Positions 1 to 10,100 of a stretch of DNA of 64,000 bases are shown piece after piece (position 1 is the stretch's first letter; each line of letters starts with the position of its first letter). Source of the DNA: an uncultured virus (IMG/VR IMGVR_UViG_3300031994_000100) (taxonomy: Duplodnaviria > Heunggongvirae > Uroviricota > Caudoviricetes). The stretch is from the IMG/VR virus record IMGVR_UViG_3300031994_000100; one strand, written 5' to 3'. Position numbers and translations under genes: made by a program. Below the pieces are notes generated by a model. It saw nothing but the letters and a program-made list of their open reading frames with translations, searched no databases and had not been told where the DNA came from.

Positions 1-190
1 ATTTGGGGAGGGGGTGTTTTGGCGCGGACCCTCCCCCCGGGGTGTCTGAGAGGCGGTTATACCTCTTAGACAACCGTCCGGAGGGAGCCCGGGCCATTTT
101 TATTCATTATTCAGCCCCGCTTTTCTTCAAAGCGTTGCCTTTTTTGGAACGATAAAGCCGTTTTCGGCGCAACAGGATCGTTTTCCACGA

Positions 191-511
191 TCAAGCTGAC
201 GCTTCAACGTTGTCGCGGACCAATGTTGGATCGGCGCGCGGGTCTTCATCGTCTCGTGCGATGTACTTTTCAAAGAATCCGGTCACGTTGAGGTCACAGA
301 TCTCGTCAATCACGGCTTCATGAGTCGCATCCTGTTCTGCAGGAGACGAATCGGAGCTCCATTGTTCCAAAGCTCCAAGCATTGACAAGCACTTGTCAGC
401 TTTGTACTTGTCAAAGCTGTACCATTCGCCAAACTCGGTGATCGGGCTGTAAGGACATGTCTGCAGCTCACCGTTCACCAGCGTTTTGTATGTAAGAGCT
501 ACTCTAGCCAT
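191..511 (-). CDS. hypothetical protein
   Basis: 106-aa ORF with AAAGGA RBS, co-oriented downstream of the RNAP-like gene. Confidence 0.7.
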   Translation of the reverse strand: MARVALTYKTLVNGELQTCPYSPITEFGEWYSFDKYKADKCLSMLGALEQWSSDSSPAEQDATHEAVIDEICDLNVTGFFEKYIARDDEDPRADPTLVRDNVEASA

Positions 512-541
512 TCAATCATCCTTTCTCGATCACGTCGCTCA

Positions 542-3500
542 TCACTCGTTCAAGGCGTTCGACAACGTTGTTGTAGAAACGCCCATGGCTTGCGCTACTT
601 CGGTCAGTGTTGAACCGTTCTTGATCATCTGACGAGCCTTTGAGAGCTTGGCAGGAGACAAACCTTTCCACTGACGAGGCATAGCCTGCTGTTTCAGTGA
701 ATCAACGTCGCACTCCTTAATCAGATCCTTCAAGAAGGTCTTTCTTACAGCTCCAGCCTGAATCGCTTCATACTCTTTTGCTGTAAACTTGACCAAAGGC
801 CGAGATTCTCCCATCTGTTTGCGAGCATACTCGATCAAACGGGCTCTTTCCTTCTTCTTACGGTCTTTGTCGAACTCCAAAGTAGGGTCGTCTTCCAGCT
901 TCATTTGGAATAGACTTGTAGCAAGTGCAACAGCACGACGTTCCAAAGGCTTGTGCTTCAGCGCGTCGTTCAGTTTTGCTTTCAAAGAAGATACTTCGTC
1001 TGCATACCTCTTTGCTGCAGCAGGACTGTAAGGAATGTCTTCTGTGGTGATCTGCTCTTTCCTTGCCTGGTTGGCTAAGCTGTGGAGCCGATTAGCATGA
1101 TCGGCATAGATCGATTCCATGTCCGTCCCGGAAGACAGGTCGTAAGCTCCCTTTCCCCACACAAGGGCCTTCATCATCTTGGTGGTCGTTGTGGAATACT
1201 TCTTATCCGCGGTGCCCTTTACAACGTAATAGACTTTGCCCGGTTGAATAGACGAGTCCTGACTACGACGATACTTATTGCCGACCTGCTCGTAATAGTT
1301 ATTGTCAGAGGGCGAACCGGAAGGGTTCCTCACTTTACCGAAGCTGTCTTTAGGATAAGTCCGGTTGGTGTACTCGAATAAAGGTTCTCCAGTCTCTGGA
1401 TCTGCGTACTGACGATGGCCTTTACCGGTAATAGGATCCTTGATCCACTGTCCCTTCTTTACCTCGTCGACACGCTCTTCGGACTTGGCTCTCGAAATAA
1501 GCGTTGAAGCTCCTTTCACCTGTCCCTTATCGTTTACACCTTGGTACTTCTTCCTAAGTTCCATGATACGATTATCGATCTCGGACTGCTTCCAATCCAA
1601 ATTGTGCTTCTCAGCATCGATAACCGTCATGGAATGCTTAACGGCCCGGCAGATCTCATCCTGATAGTCGGCGCCCTTCAGCGTCATGTCTGTGATTAGA
1701 TTAGACACAACGCCCATCTGCTGCTGCGTATCGAAATTGTCATACAGCTGCTTGCCGGTAACTGGATCAAACATGGGTTCGCCATGCTTCGGCTTACCTG
1801 TCTTGATCTGGTCATCCGACTTGGCATACAGAACCTTCGGTTCGTATCCGGCCAGCCCCTTCAGACTCGGCATCGACTTGATGTCGCCCGAATCATTTGG
1901 AATAACCGTTACTGTGTCTCCATCGAAGTCAGCACCGCTCAGCTTGGCAGCCACACTTGGATGAATACCAATCGCATCGGGTGCACCAGGACCAAGAACC
2001 TTCCGTGCTTCAGCATTCGTGTTGTTAACGGTCAGCTCGGCGATCTCGAATCGTCCGCCATGCGGGTACCGAATCAAGGCGACACGGCTGCCGTTTTCGA
2101 AGTTCGGGGCAAAGCATTCGTTCTCCTTCATGGAGAGAATCGGAATAATAACATGCGAAGCAGAGCCGGGAATGGCGGCAGCCTTCAGATGCACTGCGCT
2201 TGAATCGCAGTCGTCAGCAAAGCCTTCCAAAAGGTGAGCCCGAATAGTCGGATTCGTCAGCCCAAGAATCTCGTTGAACTCGTCGACCTTGCGATCGTAC
2301 ATCATCTTCAGCTGACGCTTGGCTAAAAAAGGCTGTTGTTTGCTCAGCAGCTGCGAGGACAGGGTTCTGCCCCAATCCTTCCAGTTGCCCTGTTCGTTAA
2401 CGATGTTCAGGGCGCTGAGCTCACGCTTTCCGGTCTTGTTGTCGATGTAGTGTCGCTGACAAAGAATCAGATCCGGGTTGTCGCTGGAGTCATCGGTCTT
2501 GATCGTTGCCCCAAACGGGTTGATCAGGTCAATGTTTCCGTCGCGGTCCTTGTTCATTGTCTTGAATACTTTCGACTCCTGGGACCTGGTCTTGTTGGTG
2601 TTATAGACGATGTCATACCCATCAGGAATCTTGTCAGAATAAACTGCCATGCCTTTCATGTACTTGTCGTCTCCAACACGAATTCGAACCTGCGCATAAT
2701 GAGCTTTCCCAAGGCTCAAGTCCTGTACTCCGGGGCGCAGTTCGATCACGCCGTCTTTGAGTATGCCCCCCCCCTTCATGTCGTCAGTGGTATAATTTAT
2801 GAACACTCTCGACATGTCTACAGACTTAGGGGGCTCGACTGATTCCCAGGTATCGCCTCCGTTCTCAGTATAAACGCCAAGATTCGGAATAGCGATCTTG
2901 TCCTTGTTTTCGTAGATCTCCTTCTTCGGAGTATCGACCTTGGTAAGCACCTGCATTCGCGTGCTCTTGTTCTTTCCGCCACGATCCAGATAGATGTCCT
3001 GAATCTTGTACTTTCCACTCTGCACCAGCATCTCAAGGGAATAGCTGAGCTTGGTGGTTGAAATGCCAAGATGCTGCTCAACGCCCTTGCCGACCTCGAC
3101 AAACTTGTACTTGTCAACCTGATCGGCAAGCATGTTGGCCGTGTTGGCAGAGGCATCCTTATGCTGCTGCACCTTCTCGTCGAACCAACCGCGAACGGTC
3201 GATTCGTTCACGCCAAACTTTCTGCCGATCGCCGTTGTAGACCAGCCGGCTTCCTTCAGCTTTCTGGCCACAGCCACGTCGTGATGCCGAATATCGGCGT
3301 TGGCGTTGCTCTTCCGGGCACGAAGCTGATTCAGAGTCAGTCCATCGCCCTTAGCGATCTCCTTATCCGTCAGCCCTGCCTTCTTCAGAGCCTTGTAATG
3401 CGAAATAAAGTCTACGCTGCGCTGATAAGGGGATGCACCAGATCCCCAGGCGTAGCGTCCTGAATGGGGAACGGCGCCTTCATGCGGTTTACCGATATGG

Positions 3501-3595
3501 GCAAGAGATTCTGCGCTGAAATCGTCAAGCTGCTCATAAGCTAAGAGTTCCTCTTCGCTTACGAAGGGGATGATGGGCTCCAGTTCCATATTCAC
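542..3595 (-). CDS. single-chain two-barrel RNA polymerase-like protein (YonO/QDE-1-like) with terminal HTH domains
   Basis: Motifs AQVRI..YMKGM, IRYPHGG and LSGADFDGDTV (DxDGD metal-binding loop); HTH-like segments WSTTAIGRKFGVNESTVRGW and TLTEVAQAMGVSTTTLS. Confidence 0.75.
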   Translation of the reverse strand: MNMELEPIIPFVSEEELLAYEQLDDFSAESLAHIGKPHEGAVPHSGRYAWGSGASPYQRSVDFISHYKALKKAGLTDKEIAKGDGLTLNQLRARKSNANADIRHHDVAVARKLKEAGWSTTAIGRKFGVNESTVRGWFDEKVQQHKDASANTANMLADQVDKYKFVEVGKGVEQHLGISTTKLSYSLEMLVQSGKYKIQDIYLDRGGKNKSTRMQVLTKVDTPKKEIYENKDKIAIPNLGVYTENGGDTWESVEPPKSVDMSRVFINYTTDDMKGGGILKDGVIELRPGVQDLSLGKAHYAQVRIRVGDDKYMKGMAVYSDKIPDGYDIVYNTNKTRSQESKVFKTMNKDRDGNIDLINPFGATIKTDDSSDNPDLILCQRHYIDNKTGKRELSALNIVNEQGNWKDWGRTLSSQLLSKQQPFLAKRQLKMMYDRKVDEFNEILGLTNPTIRAHLLEGFADDCDSSAVHLKAAAIPGSASHVIIPILSMKENECFAPNFENGSRVALIRYPHGGRFEIAELTVNNTNAEARKVLGPGAPDAIGIHPSVAAKLSGADFDGDTVTVIPNDSGDIKSMPSLKGLAGYEPKVLYAKSDDQIKTGKPKHGEPMFDPVTGKQLYDNFDTQQQMGVVSNLITDMTLKGADYQDEICRAVKHSMTVIDAEKHNLDWKQSEIDNRIMELRKKYQGVNDKGQVKGASTLISRAKSEERVDEVKKGQWIKDPITGKGHRQYADPETGEPLFEYTNRTYPKDSFGKVRNPSGSPSDNNYYEQVGNKYRRSQDSSIQPGKVYYVVKGTADKKYSTTTTKMMKALVWGKGAYDLSSGTDMESIYADHANRLHSLANQARKEQITTEDIPYSPAAAKRYADEVSSLKAKLNDALKHKPLERRAVALATSLFQMKLEDDPTLEFDKDRKKKERARLIEYARKQMGESRPLVKFTAKEYEAIQAGAVRKTFLKDLIKECDVDSLKQQAMPRQWKGLSPAKLSKARQMIKNGSTLTEVAQAMGVSTTTLSNALNE

Positions 3596-3627
3596 TTTTC
3601 CTCCGTTCCTGATGTGTCCTTTTGGAC

Positions 3628-4200
3628 CTACTCGTCACGCCTGGCTTCCTGAATAATTTCGTCAGAGTCGACGATCTTATCCATGATGTGTTCAATCTCT
3701 GCTGGCTCGGGAGATTCAACCAGCACTTCGCCACTCTGATAGATGCGAAGCTCGATTGTGGTGTCCTTTGGTTCCACGCCGATTCGGTTTCCGTATTCCA
3801 GAAAGAATAAAGCGGCGTAGATCTTCAGCTGCCACATGTGTGCCGGAATCTCACCGGTCTTCAGATCATGAATCCGAAGCGTCTTCTGCTTTTCGTTAAA
3901 GACAATAGCATCCGCTGTGCCAAAGCAGTTTCCCGAGTACACCAAAGGCTGTTCAGGCTGCATGCCATATCCAATGGCGTCATTGATGTACATGTTGACT
4001 GTGTCACTGTTTCGGGGTTGACGACGCTTCAATCGAATAGCCTGCTCCGCATAAGCGTGGAGTTCGGTTCCTCGAAGAGTTGCCAGGTGTTTCTCGTAGG
4101 TCAGTTTAAGTTTCTCCGGGTCATAGTTCAACCAGTGATACTTGCTGGGACTCAGGAACGCATGTTGGCCATCAAGCTCCAAATGCTTGTTCCAATTCAT
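3628..4200 (-). CDS. PD-(D/E)XK exonuclease (DUF2800/Cas4-like)
   Basis: HAFLSPS, GTELH, FGTADAI, IHDLKTG and QLKIYA motifs; start moved to ATG 4200 after GGAGG. Confidence 0.75.
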   Translation of the reverse strand: MNWNKHLELDGQHAFLSPSKYHWLNYDPEKLKLTYEKHLATLRGTELHAYAEQAIRLKRRQPRNSDTVNMYINDAIGYGMQPEQPLVYSGNCFGTADAIVFNEKQKTLRIHDLKTGEIPAHMWQLKIYAALFFLEYGNRIGVEPKDTTIELRIYQSGEVLVESPEPAEIEHIMDKIVDSDEIIQEARRDE

Positions 4201-4462
4201 CCAAAACCTCCTCTCTGTTTTCCGGGAATACAAAACGGGCGAAGCTCATCTGGTTCATCTTCTCCACGTAGTATTCCTGATTTGGCTGACGGTTTTCGTT
4301 CCGCCCTCGTTTGCATTCAAGGGCTGCCCAGCGTTGTTTATATAAAACGAGAAGATCCGGAATACCCTGAATGTAGTTTGCGTCATTCTTCAGGACAATG
4401 CATCCCGGGAATCGTTCCCGTAAATCGTAAATCAGATTGTGCTGAAAACTTTTCTCCTTCAC
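4172..4462 (-). CDS. VRR-NUC domain nuclease
   Basis: E..FQ, GIPDLLVL, LECKR and PNQEYY pattern. Confidence 0.75.
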   Translation of the reverse strand: MKEKSFQHNLIYDLRERFPGCIVLKNDANYIQGIPDLLVLYKQRWAALECKRGRNENRQPNQEYYVEKMNQMSFARFVFPENREEVLDELEQAFGA

Positions 4463-4530
4463 GGCAGAGCCCCCTGATTGGCAAAAGTAAAAGGAGGCTG
4501 ATTCCGATTAATTGGAAATTTCCCTCCTTC

Positions 4531-4555
4531 TACTATGAGGGCTGTGACGAGCGCG
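4531..4555 (-). promoter_or_regulatory. 25-bp phage promoter-like motif copy upstream of the nuclease/RNAP operon (degenerate)
   Basis: Minus strand CGCG-N15-CATAGTA-like, same 25-bp length as the other 23 copies. Confidence 0.5.
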
Positions 4556-4590
4556 AAAAAAATTTGTCACATGTTCTGATTCAATAATTT

Positions 4591-4905
4591 TTATAGATCA
4601 GCAAATTTATGCGCTTCTTCCTGCATGCACTTGCTGCAAAGAGCCACCGGCGAGATGCCGTTAACATAGGTCCACCGCCACATATACTTGGACTTTCTGT
4701 ATAGTCCCTTTTGCTGGCACTTTACGCATAAAGGATGAGCTTTCAGAAAAGCCTTCTCCTCCTTCAAATCATGAACCAGTTGTTTAACCCATCCAACGAT
4801 AGACCCGCATCCGCTTTCTCCATACAGCACACCGACAGTAAATGCCGCGATCACCGAGAGAATCACAAACGCTGAAAATACGAACACCTCGTAAAACATC
4901 CTCAT
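4591..4905 (-). CDS. membrane-anchored protein with CxxC..CxxC zinc-binding segment
   Basis: N-terminal hydrophobic helix; HPLCVKC and LCSKC. Confidence 0.6.
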   Translation of the reverse strand: MRMFYEVFVFSAFVILSVIAAFTVGVLYGESGCGSIVGWVKQLVHDLKEEKAFLKAHPLCVKCQQKGLYRKSKYMWRWTYVNGISPVALCSKCMQEEAHKFADL

Positions 4906-4943
4906 TCCTCCTTGAATAAAGCAATCCGCTTTTGCCGGAAGTA

Positions 4944-6134
4944 TTACAGCTTTCCGACAAAAGCAGATTCATTGAAGTTCTTCTTTGCGGCCAGTGCCCG
5001 CTTTACAGCCAGATCAATCGGAGCCGACGAGATGAACCGATAGTAGTAAAGCGTCTGATAAGGTGTGTTCAACCGATCGATTCGTCCGGCGGCCTGCTTC
5101 ATGGTCTTGTAGGAATAGTTGAGGCTGAAGAAGATTTCGGTATCCGTTGTAATGCAGTTCCATCCTTCAGCCCCGGCTGTGTACTGAACCAGGTAGACCC
5201 AACTATCGCCTTCCGGCAGCGGTTCGTGCTTATGGCCGTTGTACTCCGCGCATAGAATATCCACTTTGACGGCCCAGGCACGGAGCAGCTCCAGCTCATA
5301 GTCGAAGTTGTAAAAGACGATCGCCTTCCGATGGCGAATCATCAGCTCCGTCATCTTGGACAGTCTGCTTTCATCCGAGTGAACCACCCTGCGCAAGGTG
5401 TAGCACAGCTCGCTGGCGTTCTGAATCGGTTCGCCGGTGTATGGGTTCCATCGGTTCCGGTTCACATCGAGGTACTTGGCCCTGTCATAAACAGGCTGAA
5501 TATCCATGGTCACGCGGCCTGTCTTCTTCTGGTAATCCATGTTAACGAGCACCGCGTCCCGAATCCGCTGCAGCCGCTTGACCGCGACAAAGCGGTCCAC
5601 CTTCGGAAACTTGCTGAATCGGGCATAGATCACATGCTGATTAATAAAGTCTGTCCGGTTTTTAAAATATCCATTGGCCACGAACACCGGAATGTAATCC
5701 AACCAGGTATCGCCGGGTGTCGCGGACAGAAGAATCCACCGGTTGGCTTTGGCAATCTTGATGAAGCTCTTGGCCCAGGTTCCGCTGCCGACAACCCGCT
5801 GCTCATCGAAGATGAAAAAAGCGTTTGTCACGCCAACGTATTTCTTAATGTTGTTCCAACTGTCGATAACCACCTTGATCTGGTAGACGCCGAGATTGAA
5901 TGGAATACATTCCTTCTCCCACTCCAGTGTATCCCGCTTTCTGGCCGTGGTGATGATGTACAGATCCTTCGGATACTGCATCGGAAGATCCTTCTTCAGA
6001 TCGCCCCAGCCTTCCCGAATAAAGTAATAGGCGAGGGAAGTCCGACTCTTGCCGCTCCCGACATCCCCAACGAGGATGCAGCCGTTATGCATTCGACCGA
6101 CTGCATCCCATTGGTGGGGATAAAGGTTAACCAC
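4944..6134 (-). CDS. SF2 (SNF2-like) DNA helicase
   Basis: LYPHQ, GSGKS, FDEQ, LSATPG, GAEGWN and QAAGRIDR motifs. Confidence 0.9.
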   Translation of the reverse strand: MVNLYPHQWDAVGRMHNGCILVGDVGSGKSRTSLAYYFIREGWGDLKKDLPMQYPKDLYIITTARKRDTLEWEKECIPFNLGVYQIKVVIDSWNNIKKYVGVTNAFFIFDEQRVVGSGTWAKSFIKIAKANRWILLSATPGDTWLDYIPVFVANGYFKNRTDFINQHVIYARFSKFPKVDRFVAVKRLQRIRDAVLVNMDYQKKTGRVTMDIQPVYDRAKYLDVNRNRWNPYTGEPIQNASELCYTLRRVVHSDESRLSKMTELMIRHRKAIVFYNFDYELELLRAWAVKVDILCAEYNGHKHEPLPEGDSWVYLVQYTAGAEGWNCITTDTEIFFSLNYSYKTMKQAAGRIDRLNTPYQTLYYYRFISSAPIDLAVKRALAAKKNFNESAFVGKL

Positions 6135-6142
6135 CGTTTAAA

Positions 6143-6643
6143 TCAGAACGGGGCGTCGTCATCGTCGGCGGGACCGGCAGTTTCGTACTCATCAGCAAAC
6201 TCGTCTTCGCTGAGCGTAACGTACATCGTCTTCAGTGCCACGGAATTCTCCGGACCCATGCTGGCACCGTTGGCATACTGGCTCAACACAAGATCGCACT
6301 TCTCAATCTCGGCGCTGTCCAGCATGCCGATAGTTTCCTCCGTAAGCTGGGTGTTGTTCTTCCGGGTCACCAGCACAACCTTGGGGGGAATCATCGGGTT
6401 GCCCTTCCGGTCATGGTATTTCACATGAATCTTCATCTGGGCGCGCAGTTCGCCCTCATTATAGCGATCCGGCTTCCAGCTGATCGGAGCGCCATCGGCC
6501 TCCAGCTGCTGCGCCAGTCCCTTCTCCAGGAATATCACAAAGTTCCGGTCGCCCTTGCGGTTATACTCCGTCTCACGCCCTTCAAAGTTGCGAAACTTGT
6601 AAGGGGCAATCTGCGCGTCACGAATCGTAATCTTCTTATTCAT
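6143..6643 (-). CDS. putative single-stranded DNA-binding protein
   Basis: Lies in the replication cluster; FRNFEG..YNRKGDRNF N-terminus; acidic C-terminal tail ending DDDDAPF. Confidence 0.7.
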   Translation of the reverse strand: MNKKITIRDAQIAPYKFRNFEGRETEYNRKGDRNFVIFLEKGLAQQLEADGAPISWKPDRYNEGELRAQMKIHVKYHDRKGNPMIPPKVVLVTRKNNTQLTEETIGMLDSAEIEKCDLVLSQYANGASMGPENSVALKTMYVTLSEDEFADEYETAGPADDDDAPF

Positions 6644-6649
6644 AAAATA

Positions 6650-6841
6650 TCATTCTCCTTTTATGCTTTCATCTTTGATCTCTTTCAGTTTGCTTGCGGA
6701 AACGAACTCGTTTTCTTCGTAGCTTCGTTTCCCATCCTCGCTTACCCATGACTCGATCGATTCATTCCAGTGAACGATCTCCGTGTCTCCGTACTCGGTC
6801 TTGACAGAGTAGAGATACTTGGTCTTCATTTTCTTCTTCAT
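6650..6841 (-). CDS. hypothetical protein
   Basis: Short ORF coupled to its neighbours. Confidence 0.5.
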   Translation of the reverse strand: MKKKMKTKYLYSVKTEYGDTEIVHWNESIESWVSEDGKRSYEENEFVSASKLKEIKDESIKGE

Positions 6842-7143
6842 GCGTCTTCTTTGTCTTCCTGCTCAAAGCTGGCCAGTTCGCCACCGCAGGCCGCGTAGCC
6901 TGCCAGATCGATCCAGCTGTCCTCGGAATAATTTCCGCTGGCGATGCGGGCGATCTTCAGCAGGGCCATCATCGCCGCCACGTCGCTCGGCGCCAGAGGG
7001 CGGCTGATCGCAGGTCCGAGATATGCGTTCCACATCATCCCGATCCGGCGAAAGTTGTCCTCCGGCTTGCCATAACTCTTCTCCCGGTCCCCGTTCACAA
7101 TGCTGCTTGCTTTTTCCAAAATCGTCTTGCGTAAAGTCGCCAT
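6838..7143 (-). CDS. DUF6378-like phage protein
   Basis: IVNGDREKSYGKPEDNF, LKIARI and DSWIDLAGYAACG pattern; start taken at ATG 7143. Confidence 0.7.
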   Translation of the reverse strand: MATLRKTILEKASSIVNGDREKSYGKPEDNFRRIGMMWNAYLGPAISRPLAPSDVAAMMALLKIARIASGNYSEDSWIDLAGYAACGGELASFEQEDKEDA

Positions 7144-7147
7144 GCTC

Positions 7148-10100
7148 TTACTCAACTTTCTCCTCCTCAACGTCAAGGTTACGGAATACCTCAATGTCTC
7201 CGTACTGTGAAATATCACGGATCGCATCATCCACCAGCCGGTCAAAGTAACGACGGTCAATTGCGTCCTCCATCTTAAGGTTTCCGACAGTCTCGGATTC
7301 CAGCCACCGCTGATCCTTGGTGCCGACTACCGCGTCATACTTGTTTCCGTTCTTCCGCATCAGCCAGCCGCCGCCTCGTCCAGGCAGAATCGGACAGAAT
7401 GCTCCGGCCTTTCCGACAAAGACGTAGTGATGCCCCTTCGCGATCTCTTCCTGAAGAATCCGATAATCCTCCTTCAGATCCTCCAGCTCGGCGATGCACT
7501 TCAGCGCATCCTCTTCTGAAATAGAATACTTTCCGCTCAGATCCTTCTGCGGCTCGGCGATCCACTGGTCGTAGCTTCCGTCATAACCGATGGCCTTCAG
7601 CAGCTCGCCCGTTCGCTTCAGCATCCGGTCCAGATCCCGCTCGCTCATGCTTACATCGGGCAGTTCCTCGTTCATGTCCAGATACATGTTGGTCGTCACG
7701 GTCTTTGTCTGGCACAGATCCTTGAACTCGATCGGCTCCCGCGTAAACAGCGTCTTCTTGACATACGGCTCGGCAAACTGTGCCCCGGTCGTGTTCCACT
7801 CTCCGGCATGCTTACCGCTTTGCACATGGGCAACGTACACCGCGTTGTTCACCAGGCACATCCGGTCATAAACGCTCTCCAGTTCAAAATTGTAGCCGTA
7901 GAGCTTGCCGTAATCCATCACGAACTGAATAATCTCAGGTGTCGCGTTGGGAATCTTGATGGAGTCCGTCTTGATGTGAGCCACCGTGAATCCCTTCTTC
8001 TGCACCAGATGCTTCAGATTCACCATGAATAAAGCCCCGCGCTTGGCCACAATGTTATCCTTGTTCCGCTTATCACGGAAGGGGTTGTCAAACTTGGCGC
8101 TGGTCAGGCCGTATACGCTGTTGATTGCAATCTTCAGCGCTGTGCTCAGGTTGTCGGCCTCTTCCTTCTGCTTCTCCTCGCTCAGCTTCTCAAAGCCTTC
8201 CAGGAATGGTGCCAGCTTGCCATCCAGAATCTGCCGGGCCTTCTCCCATTCCCGGTGCTTGATCAGAATCCGGGCGTCGAGAATATCCTTGAACCGTGCC
8301 GTGTACTCGGGCCCAAAGAGCTCCTCGGCCACGATGCTGCTGGGGTGCATGCTCGCAATATCCAGCAATGCCACGTTCCAGTACATACCCGGCTCTGCAT
8401 ACACATACCCGCCTTCGCCGACCTCTTCACCGCGGTAGATGCTCTTCCCGTGGTCAAAGGTGTATCCGGGGAAGTATGGTTTGCCATCCTTGAATACCGT
8501 GTACTCGGGATCCTCATCCATCGGCAGTGAGTAGGTCTCGGTGCCGTTCATCTCGCCCATAAAACGATAATTGAACGTAGCCTGAGGCTTCTTCTCCCAT
8601 CCGAAGATGATCTTCTGTGTCAGCTGATTGGTGGTGGCGTTCGGGTTCAGCCCTGCCAATCGGGCCAGAATTTTCCTCGCCCGCCAGTCCTCCTGCCTCT
8701 TGTTGAATACCGCTTCCGTCGCAAACACGTCGTTGTCACAGTATTCGGCCACCTTCATCCATAGGCTCTCGTCTACCGGCTCATCCCACGGGAGGCCAAG
8801 CTCCTGGTGGTGAATTCCCAGCTCGATTTCCCACTTCTTCAGGCTCTGCTTCTTGCTGCAGAAGTCGTACACATCCGTATAGCTCAGGTCATACGCCTTT
8901 CCGAAGAAGGCATCCGGGCTTCCGCCTACAATTCGCTGACTCAGCTCGTACAGCTCCAGGTTGCTCTTGCCAAGGTACCTTGCATACACAATGTGGTTGT
9001 CGTACCGCCGGCAGTTGAACCCAACCAGCTTCAGGTGAATAAACTCCTCCAGATCCTGCGGCTTCGGGTTGATCATCCGGTGGCATTTCGGTTCGCCAGC
9101 AAACTTCCAGTTGATCAGGAACAGATTCGGAAAGACTTCCACGTCAAAGAAGGCAATCTTATCTTCATCTGCAACCACGCCGTCGTCCTCCTCCTTCGGA
9201 TCCTCGACATCGTCGCTATGGAATATCATTTTGTTTACCTTCTTCAGACAGTAATCCGCCTGATGTGAGCTGTTAGCCGCGAACAACATTACCTTCTTTT
9301 TCATTTCACGCACGTCGAAATGCCGCCCGCTCTTATAGAACTCCTCCAAATCCTTGGCGATCAGATCGATGCTCTGCCTCGTGCTCGGCAGAATCTCCTT
9401 TCTAAGATTCTTCTTAATCATGTTAAGAAGCATCTTGTCGTCCTTGATGGTTTCAAAGTCGACCACTTTTTCCTCCTTCAGCGGAAGTCCGCTTGAAATG
9501 TGTGCCAGCGGAAGGTTGTTGCACAGGCTGAGCCTCCTCCTCAGACTGTTTCCGCCGGTGGTTGCCTTAATCTCGATGCCAGGAGAATAAACCGATTTCA
9601 GCTTGCTCTGGTCTCCGTCGTAGTAATACTCAAGGTGGATTCCGGATCCGCCCTTTGAATACTCGGCGTAGGTCGGTGTCCACTTCGAAGCCGCTTCGAT
9701 GTTCTTCTCGGCGCTCTTCTTTCCGGTCTCGTCGGTCAGATCAAAGTCGACCGAGATGATTCCCATGGATTCGGGAATGTTGACATAATGTGTCCGCTTC
9801 GTGTCCAGGTCCTTCAGCGTCTTCTTAGCGTTAACCCAGGAGACATAAGGCCCTTCTGTGTCGTCACGGGCATACTGCGCCGGGCAGTCTTTCAGCAGCT
9901 CATCGAACAGGCTCTCCGTCTGGTCCAGCGTCAGCCAGCAGGCCTTAGCCTTCTCCTGGTCCGCCTTCGCTTTCTCCGGTTCGCCGCCATCGTCAATTTT
10001 CTCGTGTTTAAATCCGCTGAACCAGCTCCGAACCTGCTTGCCGTCCACACGGGTAATTGGCTCAAAGTTCTTAAAATAGTTCTTCAGCTCTTCCCGGAAC

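Noticed and set aside
3628..4200. CRISPR-associated Cas4
   Set aside because: Lacks the Fe-S cysteine cluster and any cas context; treated as a phage recombination exonuclease.
4591..4905. HNH endonuclease
   Set aside because: Has HPLCxxC and LCxxC, but the catalytic DH/H residues are not present.
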